This document shows positions 21,142-29,352 of a stretch of DNA of 64,000 bases, piece after piece (position 1 is the stretch's first letter; every line of letters starts with the position of its first letter). The DNA lies in the NCBI GenBank assembly GCA_001784805.1, contig MFSE01000021.1, forward strand, positions 4,241 through 68,240. The letters run 5' to 3'. The position numbers and the translations under genes were made by a program. Under the pieces are notes generated by a model. The model was not told the DNA's origin. It saw only the letters and a program-made list of their open reading frames with translations, and ran no database searches. This DNA comes from Candidatus Moranbacteria bacterium RIFOXYA12_FULL_35_19. GTDB taxonomy: Bacteria > Patescibacteriota > Minisyncoccia > Moranbacterales > UBA2206.

Positions 21142-22662
21142 ATGAACATAGAAGAGGGTGAAAGGAAGGGGAAAAAATGGTGGAAATATTTGCTGTATTT
21201 TTTTTGTGGGTGGTTATTTTTTTTCGCCCTGGCATGTTTTTTAATTATAAAAGGTGGATATAATTTAAGAGCAGAGTTAAAAGAGGATTGGATTATAGTT
21301 TTTTTTATTACAATTTTCCCTGCTATTATTTCAATACTTTTAATTGATTTTATAATCGTAAAAGAAAAAATGTTTACAAATTTTTATTACTACTGGATAT
21401 ATTTTTCTGCAGGATTATTTCTTTTCTCTCTTTGGCTATATGGAGCAGAGGATAATTTACAAGCTTTGGGTATAATGGCTATTTTAATGGGGTTAATGAT
21501 TTCAATTGTTGCAAACATTTCCTATAAATTAATTATTGGAAAAAAAGACTTAGATGATGATGAGAAAAGCATTTGGCCAAATCTTAATATTCCAGTTTTT
21601 AGAAAAATAATCAATCTATTGCGTAGAAAAAATCAGCGATGGGATTTCAAAAAGATCGGTGCTATTTTTTTGATTATTTTAGTAGTGATTGTGGTGTTCT
21701 TATATCAGAAAATCAGAATTGAATCAGCCTTTTTTTGTAGCAAGGAAAGTGTTAATAGGGCAGTTAAGGGGGTTGTTTTGATTGAGGGCAGTGAAGGCAG
21801 TGGCAGTGGATTTTTTATCTCCCCTAATATGGTACTGACAAATAATCATGTGGTTAGTTTCAATAAAGATCTTAGTATAAGTGGTTATAATGGGCATACT
21901 TCTGATGTTCGAGTAGTTGCTACGGATACGGTTATGGATCTTGCTATCTTGGAGGTCAAGGGAATAGAAGGGACAAAAGAATTGGGGTGGAGAAAAAATC
22001 CTATAAAACAATTAGATGAAGTCTATGCCGTAGGTTTTCCTAGTGGTAGAAAAAATATTTCAATAACCAGAGGAATTGTTTCTGCCTTAACACTGGATGA
22101 TTTTAATAGTAATCAATATATTCAAATGGATGCCGCAATTAACCCTGGTAATTCGGGTGGTCCATTGCTAGACGGATGTGGAAAAGTTGTCGGTATTAAT
22201 ACTTCTTCTTTGCGAAATGCTCAAAATATCGGATTCGCCATAAGAGCTAATCAGATTGAAGCACGCGTTGCAAAGATGCTGGAGAAAAGCAAGTTAGCTT
22301 CCAGAGAGGAAATAGAAAAAAACTATCCTAGCGATCAAGCAGAGGTTGTGGCCAGATATTATGATGCTCTTGGTGCTGGTATGCTAGAGGAAGCTTATGA
22401 TTTTTATTCGATAGATCGCAAGAAAAAAATTCCATTTGAAAACTGGAAAGAAGGATTCGATAACACTTATTTTATCACATTAAAAAAAGTAGAATTAACA
22501 CCTAATGAAAATACAGTCTTTGCTTCACTTCTTGCAACTGATTTTGGAGAAGAATTTTATACTTTTATAACTAAGGAATTTGAAGGTCAATGGAAATTGA
22601 TTCGTGAAGATGGACTTTGGAAATTAAATGAATCACAGATAGATGAAATACAAGATAATTAA
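21142..22662 (+). CDS. membrane-anchored trypsin-like (HtrA-type, no PDZ) serine protease
   Basis: Catalytic triad TNNHVV / DLAIL / GNSGGP; multiple N-terminal TMs; start chosen at ATG 21142 to avoid overlap with the helicase. Confidence 0.88.
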   Translation: MNIEEGERKGKKWWKYLLYFFCGWLFFFALACFLIIKGGYNLRAELKEDWIIVFFITIFPAIISILLIDFIIVKEKMFTNFYYYWIYFSAGLFLFSLWLYGAEDNLQALGIMAILMGLMISIVANISYKLIIGKKDLDDDEKSIWPNLNIPVFRKIINLLRRKNQRWDFKKIGAIFLIILVVIVVFLYQKIRIESAFFCSKESVNRAVKGVVLIEGSEGSGSGFFISPNMVLTNNHVVSFNKDLSISGYNGHTSDVRVVATDTVMDLAILEVKGIEGTKELGWRKNPIKQLDEVYAVGFPSGRKNISITRGIVSALTLDDFNSNQYIQMDAAINPGNSGGPLLDGCGKVVGINTSSLRNAQNIGFAIRANQIEARVAKMLEKSKLASREEIEKNYPSDQAEVVARYYDALGAGMLEEAYDFYSIDRKKKIPFENWKEGFDNTYFITLKKVELTPNENTVFASLLATDFGEEFYTFITKEFEGQWKLIREDGLWKLNESQIDEIQDN

Positions 22663-22754
22663 TTTGAAAATGGGCTAGTTATTTTTATTAAAGGTCGAAG
22701 GTGCTAAACTACCTCAAACGCTTAAAATTAAATTAAAAATTAAATTAAAAAAAT

Positions 22755-23507
22755 ATGAAAAAAATATTTATGCTCCTAGGTATCATGCTGTTTGTTGGTT
22801 TGGCTAATCATTGTGAGGCAAGTACATTTTTTGATGATTTCAATGATGGAAATGCTGATGGGTGGTCGGCTCATAGCCCATATCCTGGACGCAGTGATTT
22901 TGGAAATTGGAGAGTTGAAGATGGAATCGTAAAGCAAGATAATGGAGGGGATCATTATAAATTTCTTTTAGATAACCAGCCTATGTCTAGCCAATCCGTT
23001 GAAGCAAAAGTTCTATGGCATGATAATGGTTATGCAGGAATTACAGTTTGGTACCAAGACGATAAAAATTGGGTGGATGTATTTTACCCTTACGGCATAG
23101 GTTTTCGTGTTATGGAGGTAATCGACGGCAACTTTTACTATGGCGATTATCCAACTATATTTAGCGAAAGAAAGTGGCAAGATTTAAAAATTGATGCCAA
23201 TAGTATTACTGGAGAATTGGCGATATACTTAGATGACGAATATATTGCAACGCATACAGTTGTTACTCCTAATAGAACTGGACTATCTGGGATTAGTAGT
23301 GGAAATGCTGGCGGAAGCTTTGACGATTTTAGTTTAACTTCAAAACCTATTCTTGTTGGTCCTCCGACTAAATTGAATCAATGTGCAAAAAAAGGATGGA
23401 AAACTTTCAACAATCCTTCATTTAAGAATCAAGGAGCTTGCGTGAGCTATGTCCAGAAAGCAATTCTAAAAAAGATAAAAAAGGCCATAAAAAACGCTAA
23501 TAAATAA
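22755..23507 (+). CDS. secreted protein with a beta-sandwich (ConA/DUF1080-like) domain
   Basis: Signal peptide; FDDFNDG...FDDF; C-terminal C..KGWKTF..P.FKNQGACVSY motif. Confidence 0.7.
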   Translation: MKKIFMLLGIMLFVGLANHCEASTFFDDFNDGNADGWSAHSPYPGRSDFGNWRVEDGIVKQDNGGDHYKFLLDNQPMSSQSVEAKVLWHDNGYAGITVWYQDDKNWVDVFYPYGIGFRVMEVIDGNFYYGDYPTIFSERKWQDLKIDANSITGELAIYLDDEYIATHTVVTPNRTGLSGISSGNAGGSFDDFSLTSKPILVGPPTKLNQCAKKGWKTFNNPSFKNQGACVSYVQKAILKKIKKAIKNANK

Positions 23508-23880
23508 AAGAAAGCATTAATAGTAAAAATAAGACTAAAACACTACAAATAAAAAGACGGATCCCCAAATTAGATCCGTCTTTATAGTTGGTTAATTTAC
23601 TACTTCTCTTTTTACGCTGTGGGTATGTGGAATAGTTTGCCAATTCGGAGCCGGAAGATCTAACTGGAACTCAAAAGGGACTACCTTATTCTCAAAATAA
23701 TGTTGGGTTGTGCTTTGAGTGTGCCAATTTTTAGCGACATAAAATTTAGTTATATAGTTTAAAAGTTATAAAGTTAGTATAGGGGGAATATAAACTCATT
23801 GTGTATGGAGAAAGTTTCTTTGTCAATGAAGGGAAATGTGGTATAATTTGTTTAGCGAAATAAAACTTTTAAAATTATTT

Positions 23881-24729
23881 ATGTCAGAAAAAAAAATACA
23901 AAAAAGAAATATAGAAAAAAGTGTTAAAATAAAAGTGCGAAAAGTAAAGAGTGAAAAAAATAAACCTGCCTCGTCGGCTCACAGGAAACCAAAAATTGCG
24001 ATTGTGAGTTTGACATCTTGCGAGGGTTGTCAGTTTGCTCTTTTGGATTTAGGGCAAAGATTTTTGGATTTCGCCAATTCGGTAGAAATGGTGGATTTTC
24101 GTTTGATTGAAGATGAAGAAGATTTGGGAAAAAAACTCGATTTAGTTTTAGTGGAGGGAAATCCCGTAACAAAAGATAATATAAAAACTTTGAAAGAAGC
24201 CAGAAAAAGAAGTCGAATTTTAGTAGCCATGGGAAATTGTGCGGCCATGGGCGGAATACCAGAAATAAAAAATTATCAAGAAAAAACCAATACGATTAAG
24301 CATGTCTATAAATATATTGCAGGCGTGTCCAATCCAGAGATAAAAGAAATTGATAATTTTGTGAAAGTTGATTTTTCTTTACCTGGTTGCCCAATAAATC
24401 CGGAAGAATTTTTGCGATATGTGCCGGAATTATTAAACGGCAAAATTCCAATTATCCTCGATCAGCCGGTTTGTGTGGAATGTAAAAAAGCCGGAAATCA
24501 ATGTTTGCTATTGGATAAAAAACCATGTTTTGGTCCAATGATTTTGGGTGGTTGCAATGCAGTTTGTCCTAGCGCTGGCATGATGTGTCAAGGTTGTCGC
24601 GGACTTCGACCAAAGGGCAATGTTTCGGCTATGCGAGCGACATTGAAAAATATGATGACAGATGAAGAATTTGAAAATGTTTCAGAGATATACGGGTTAA
24701 GAGATAGTATAGAAGAAAAAACAAAGTAG
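23881..24729 (+). CDS. NiFe hydrogenase small subunit (group 3b delta-like)
   Basis: SCEGC, LVEG, GNCAAMGG, PGCP, CVEC...C...PCFG...CPS...CQGCRG. Confidence 0.9.
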   Translation: MSEKKIQKRNIEKSVKIKVRKVKSEKNKPASSAHRKPKIAIVSLTSCEGCQFALLDLGQRFLDFANSVEMVDFRLIEDEEDLGKKLDLVLVEGNPVTKDNIKTLKEARKRSRILVAMGNCAAMGGIPEIKNYQEKTNTIKHVYKYIAGVSNPEIKEIDNFVKVDFSLPGCPINPEEFLRYVPELLNGKIPIILDQPVCVECKKAGNQCLLLDKKPCFGPMILGGCNAVCPSAGMMCQGCRGLRPKGNVSAMRATLKNMMTDEEFENVSEIYGLRDSIEEKTK

Positions 24730-24734
24730 CATCC

Positions 24735-25198
24735 CTACGAATTACGAAAATTTACGAATGTACGAAAATAAATATAAAATTAAAAAAGACATATTATATC
24801 CACAGGAAGTTTTTGAAATTGTGGGGATTATGTATGATGTTTGGGATAAGGTTGGTTATGGGCATAAAGAAATTTTTTATGAAAAGGCTGCTGCAGAAAT
24901 ATTTAGAAAGAAAAATAAAAAATTTAAAGAGCAATTAAGATGCAAAGTAAAATTAGGAGATAAGGATTTGGGAATATACATTTTTGATTTTATTTATGAA
25001 GAAAAAATAGTCATTGAATTAAAACAGGGAGAAAATTTTTCAAAACAAAATATTAATCAAGTTTATGCTTATTTGAAAGCGACTAATCTGAAACTTGGGT
25101 TGCTTATCAATTTTACAAGAAAAGGTGTAAAGTTTAAAAGAATTGTAAATATAAAATAATTAAGAATTCGTACATTCGTATGATTTCGTAATTCGTAG
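24735..25198. mobile_element. GxxExxY gene enclosed by 32-bp TACGAA-type inverted repeats, inserted in the hydrogenase operon
   Basis: Arms 24735-24766 and 25167-25198 are reverse complements at 29/32 positions. Confidence 0.6.
24758..25159 (+). CDS. GxxExxY protein (PD-(D/E)XK nuclease-like)
   Basis: GYGHKEIFYE, DFIYEEKIVIELK, QVYAYLKATNLKLGLLINF. Confidence 0.92.
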   Translation: MYENKYKIKKDILYPQEVFEIVGIMYDVWDKVGYGHKEIFYEKAAAEIFRKKNKKFKEQLRCKVKLGDKDLGIYIFDFIYEEKIVIELKQGENFSKQNINQVYAYLKATNLKLGLLINFTRKGVKFKRIVNIK

Positions 25199-25202
25199 AG
25201 TT

Positions 25203-26462
25203 ATGAATATTAAGATTAATCACATAGCGAAAATGGAAGGGCATGCTGGTTTTATGGCGAGCGTAATGCGTGGTGATGTGAAATCTTCCAAACTGGAAGT
25301 GCAGGAAGGAATCCGCTTGATCGAAGGAGTTTTGATCGGCCGGCATTTTTCGGATATGCCCGTGATTGCCCAAAGGATTTGTGGAATTTGTCCTGTAGTG
25401 CATAATTTGACTGCGATAAAATCTATCGAAAATGCTTTTGGTATCAAAGTGAGTGAAGAAACAGAAAAACTTCGTGAGATAATGGAACTGGGGCAGATTA
25501 TTCATTCGCACGCACTGCATCTTTTCTTTTTGTCGCTGGCGGATTTTTTTAATATTGATAATGATTTGAAATTGACGGAAAAATATCCGCAGGAAACAAA
25601 AAAAGCCATCAGAATCAGGGAGTATGGAATGGAAATAGTGCGAGCGATTGGCGGAAGAGTGATTCACCCCTTGACCAATGAAGTGGGCGGATTCAAAAAA
25701 ATTCCTGATGTTTCCGAATTGAAAAAATTGGTTTTTTCTTCCGGAGAAATTTTAGAAGACGCCATTGATTTGGGAAAATTTTTCAAAAAAATAATCCTGC
25801 CAGATTTTTGGCGGAAAACTGAATATGTGGGTCTTTTGAAATCCGGCAAATATGCGATTTATGATGGAGATGTTGTTTCCAATTTCGGTTTGCATATTCC
25901 TGTTAGCAGTTTTGAAAATAATTTTCATGAATTGCAAAAACAAAAAGAAGTGATAAAAAGAGTGGAGCATAATGAAAAAAGTTATATGGTCGGAGCAATT
26001 GCCCGAGTCAATTTGAACAAAAATAAATTGCGACCGTCGGCACACCGATATTTAGAAAGTTTGGAATTGAAATTTCCTAATTATAATCCGTTTAACAATA
26101 TTTTATTTCAAATGGTGGAGGTAATTCATGTTATTGAAGAGTCATCGCTTCTGATCAAACAAATCCTTCATTCTAATATGGAAAATGTTTTGACAAAACC
26201 GTATGAGATAAAAGAAGGAGTGGGAGCAGCCGCGGTGGAAGCGCCCAGAGGGACACTGTATTATCACACAGAAATCGATGCCAAGGGCTATGTTAAAAAT
26301 GTTAATATTATTACGCCAACGGCCCAATTTTTGTCAAATTTAGAAAATGATATTGCTCAATATATTCCGAGTGTTATGAAATTAAAAAATAAAGATAGGG
26401 AAAGAAAATTGCGGGCTTTTATTCGAGCGTATGATCCGTGTATATCATGTGCAGTACACTAA
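25203..26462 (+). CDS. NiFe hydrogenase large subunit (group 3b alpha-like)
   Basis: L1 RICGICPVVH, EAPRGTLYY, L2 DPCISCAVH at the C-terminus. Confidence 0.93.
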   Translation: MNIKINHIAKMEGHAGFMASVMRGDVKSSKLEVQEGIRLIEGVLIGRHFSDMPVIAQRICGICPVVHNLTAIKSIENAFGIKVSEETEKLREIMELGQIIHSHALHLFFLSLADFFNIDNDLKLTEKYPQETKKAIRIREYGMEIVRAIGGRVIHPLTNEVGGFKKIPDVSELKKLVFSSGEILEDAIDLGKFFKKIILPDFWRKTEYVGLLKSGKYAIYDGDVVSNFGLHIPVSSFENNFHELQKQKEVIKRVEHNEKSYMVGAIARVNLNKNKLRPSAHRYLESLELKFPNYNPFNNILFQMVEVIHVIEESSLLIKQILHSNMENVLTKPYEIKEGVGAAAVEAPRGTLYYHTEIDAKGYVKNVNIITPTAQFLSNLENDIAQYIPSVMKLKNKDRERKLRAFIRAYDPCISCAVH

Positions 26463-26558
26463 TTCATGTAACATATAACATGAAACAATTTTTTAATAAT
26501 TTAATATTGTATGAATTGTGTAGCTTGTTGTATGCTACATGTTTCATGCTACATGATT

Positions 26559-26933
26559 ATGACAGAACTTAATCAAATTTATAAATGCAATGTTTGCGGG
26601 AACATTGTAGAGATGACTCATACTGGAATAGGTGAGTTGGTTTGTTGTGGACAACCGATGGAACTTAAACAAGAAAAAACGGAAGATGAAGGAATGGAAA
26701 AACATGTGCCCATAATTGAAAAAACGGCCATCGGCGTGATTGTGAGTGTAGGAAAAATTGCTCATCCGATGGAGTCAGCTCATTATATCGAATGGATTGA
26801 AGTAATCACGGAGCATCGAGTCTACAGAAAGCATCTTGAACCTAGTCAAGAACCATCGGCTGAATTTTGTCTGGAAGCGGAACGCATTGAAGCTAGGGCT
26901 TATTGTAATGTGCATGGACTTTGGAAATCCTAA
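26559..26933 (+). CDS. dfx: desulfoferrodoxin (superoxide reductase)
   Basis: YKCNVCGNIV...CCGQPM, EKHVP, HPM...HYIEWI, YCNVHGLW. Confidence 0.95.
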   Translation: MTELNQIYKCNVCGNIVEMTHTGIGELVCCGQPMELKQEKTEDEGMEKHVPIIEKTAIGVIVSVGKIAHPMESAHYIEWIEVITEHRVYRKHLEPSQEPSAEFCLEAERIEARAYCNVHGLWKS

Positions 26934-27010
26934 TAATCACGAATGGGAAAACGAATGGATGCGAATTATTCGAGTAAATTCGTTTAAACATTAGCGACAA
27001 TTTGAATATC

Positions 27011-27283
27011 GTGCATGACTTTATTTTAGCTAAAGAAATAATTGATGAATTGAAAAGAATTTCTCAAGAAAAAAAACTTGGGCAGATTCGCAGTGTGAAT
27101 GTGGAGATCGGGACAATCGCTTTGGCGCATGATGGATTTGAGGAACATACCGAAGACATATCACTGGAAAATTTACAGTTTGGATTGCAAAGTATTGCAA
27201 AAAACACTGAATTTTCGGAGGTTAAATTCAATATCAAAAAAGTAGCGGGAGAGAATTGGAAAATAACGGAGGTTGAGGTATAA
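27011..27283 (+). CDS. hypA: HypA-like nickel chaperone lacking the zinc finger
   Basis: GTG start gives MHDFILAKEII; VNVEIG; LQFGL; no Cys; next to the hydrogenase genes. Confidence 0.7.
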   Translation: MHDFILAKEIIDELKRISQEKKLGQIRSVNVEIGTIALAHDGFEEHTEDISLENLQFGLQSIAKNTEFSEVKFNIKKVAGENWKITEVEV

Positions 27284-27386
27284 TAAAGACATATAACATG
27301 TAACATACAACATGTAACATGCAACAAAAGGCAAGAATTTCATAAATTTTTATGCTATATGTTTCATGCTTCATGTTTCATGAATT

Positions 27387-28379
27387 ATGATTAAGCTTGC
27401 AATCAACGGTTTTGGCCGGATTGGCCGACCAAGTTTCAAAATCGCTTTTTCCAAAGATGATGTGGAAATTGTGGCGATAAATGATTTGACGGATCTCAAA
27501 ACTGTGGCGCATCTTTTGAAATACGATTCTTCCTATGGTATTTATGAAAAAGAAATTTCCGTGGATGAAGAAAATTCAGAACTTATTGTAGATGGAACGC
27601 GGATAAAATATTTTATGGAGCCTGATCCAACAAAGTTACCCTGGAAAGATTTGGGGGTGGATGTGGTTTTGGAATGCAGTGGAGTTTTTGATACGCACGA
27701 AAAGGCGCAAAAACATCTTTCGGCGGGAGCAAAAAAAGTTGTTCTTAGTGCGCCGGCCAAAGATGATACGCCAGTTTATATTCTAGGCATCAATAAACAG
27801 GAATATAAAAATGAGGAAATTATTTCCAATGGATCTTGCACCACTAATTGTTTGGCGCCGATGATAAAAGTGCTCGATGATAATTTTGGAGTAGAAAAAG
27901 GTTTTATGACAACCACGCATTCCTATACTAATGATCAAAGGTTGCAAGATTTGCCTCACAAAGATTTGCGGCGCGCTCGAGCGGCAGCGCTTAATATTAT
28001 TCCAACCACGACTGGTGCAGCGAAAACTGTAGGAAAGGTTATAAAACACCTAGTGGGGAATTTAGACGGGATATCGTTACGCGTGCCAACGCCCGTAGTT
28101 TCAATTGTTGATTTTATTTGCAATCTCAAAAAAGAAGCGACTAAGGAGGAAATTAACCAAGCTTTCAAAGAGGCCTCGAAGAATGGTCTAAAAAATATTT
28201 TAGCAGTGAGTGAAGAAGATCTTGTCTCAATGGATTTCAAAGGCAATCCTAACAGCGCCATTGTGGATTTGCCTCTTACTATGGCCAATGGAAATTTAGT
28301 AAAAGTTGTCGGTTGGTATGATAATGAATGGGGATATTCCAATCGATTGGTTGAAATGGCAGAGTTTATCACAAAATAA
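27387..28379 (+). CDS. gap: type I glyceraldehyde-3-phosphate dehydrogenase
   Basis: INGFGRIGR, SCTTNCLAP, WYDNEWGYS. Confidence 0.98.
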   Translation: MIKLAINGFGRIGRPSFKIAFSKDDVEIVAINDLTDLKTVAHLLKYDSSYGIYEKEISVDEENSELIVDGTRIKYFMEPDPTKLPWKDLGVDVVLECSGVFDTHEKAQKHLSAGAKKVVLSAPAKDDTPVYILGINKQEYKNEEIISNGSCTTNCLAPMIKVLDDNFGVEKGFMTTTHSYTNDQRLQDLPHKDLRRARAAALNIIPTTTGAAKTVGKVIKHLVGNLDGISLRVPTPVVSIVDFICNLKKEATKEEINQAFKEASKNGLKNILAVSEEDLVSMDFKGNPNSAIVDLPLTMANGNLVKVVGWYDNEWGYSNRLVEMAEFITK

Positions 28380-28458
28380 AAAGTTATCCACAACTCAAGA
28401 CTTGCTAAAATTGAATATAGTGATATAATATCATTGTAAAAAATGTTATTATAAAAAA

Positions 28459-29307
28459 ATGAAAAAAGAAAAAAATAATATTGAAAATGATAGTCAAATT
28501 GCTATTTTTAGAGGCAAGAAGATTAGGAAAATTATTTTTCAAAAAGAATGGTGGTTTTCAGTGGTGGATATCGTGGGCGTATTAACGGGGAGTGTAGATG
28601 CGGGAGCTTATTGGAGAAAGTTAAAACAACGACTAATAGAAGAAGGAAGTGAAGTCGTGACATTTTGTCACGGGTTGAAGCTAGAGGCTCCTGATGGCAA
28701 GATGCGAGAAGCTGATTGTGCTAATACTGAAGGAATGTTTAGGATTATTCAGTCTATTCCTTCTCCAAAAGCTGAACCAATGAAGCGTTGGCTGGCTCGG
28801 GTCGGTTATGAAAGAATTCAGGAAATTGAAGATCCAGAATTGGCAACCAAAAGAACAAAAATATTATACAAACTCAAAGGCTATCCTGACGATTGGATCG
28901 AAAAAAGAATGCGCGGGATTGCGGTGCGAGAAGAATTGACGGACGAATGGCAAAAACGCGGAGCGCGAGAGCAAAAAGATTATGAAATTTTAACGGCGGA
29001 AATAACACGGGCGACTTTTGGAATTACGCCATCGGAATACAAGAAGCACAAAGGGCTGAAAAGAGAAAATTTGCGTGATCATATGGATGATTTTGAATTG
29101 ATCTTGACTATGCTAGGAGAACGCACCACGACTGAAATTCATCGCACTAATGATTCTAAAGGCGTGCCAAGGCTCAAAGATGACGCTAGGGTTGGCGGAC
29201 AAATTGCCGGTTCAGCCCGAGCGCAAATAGAGAGAAAGCTCAAAAGATCAATTGTGTCAAAAAAGAATTTTTTGAAAAATAATAATCGCAAAAAAATAAA
29301 AAAATAA
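28459..29307 (+). CDS. BRO-N domain protein (antirepressor-like)
   Basis: WWFSVVDIV, YWRKLKQRL, APDGKMR, RIIQSIPSPKAEP, NLRDHM. Confidence 0.85.
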   Translation: MKKEKNNIENDSQIAIFRGKKIRKIIFQKEWWFSVVDIVGVLTGSVDAGAYWRKLKQRLIEEGSEVVTFCHGLKLEAPDGKMREADCANTEGMFRIIQSIPSPKAEPMKRWLARVGYERIQEIEDPELATKRTKILYKLKGYPDDWIEKRMRGIAVREELTDEWQKRGAREQKDYEILTAEITRATFGITPSEYKKHKGLKRENLRDHMDDFELILTMLGERTTTEIHRTNDSKGVPRLKDDARVGGQIAGSARAQIERKLKRSIVSKKNFLKNNNRKKIKK

Positions 29308-29352
29308 AATATTTTTTTATTATGAAATTTGTAATGGATTAACATTTACTTT

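Larger units (their letters stand above)
17535..23830. mobile_element. integrase-less accessory island bounded by duplications of the ychF start and promoter
   Basis: Direct repeats: 19 bp at 17535-17553 and 23724-23742; 35 bp at 17604-17638 and 23796-23830; five non-core genes lie between them. Confidence 0.55.

Noticed and set aside
26511-26558. N-terminal extensions in the ORF track (26511, also 21004, 23836, 39051, 43618)
   Set aside because: They read through repeat or intergenic DNA or overlap upstream genes; recognisable protein starts at downstream ATGs.
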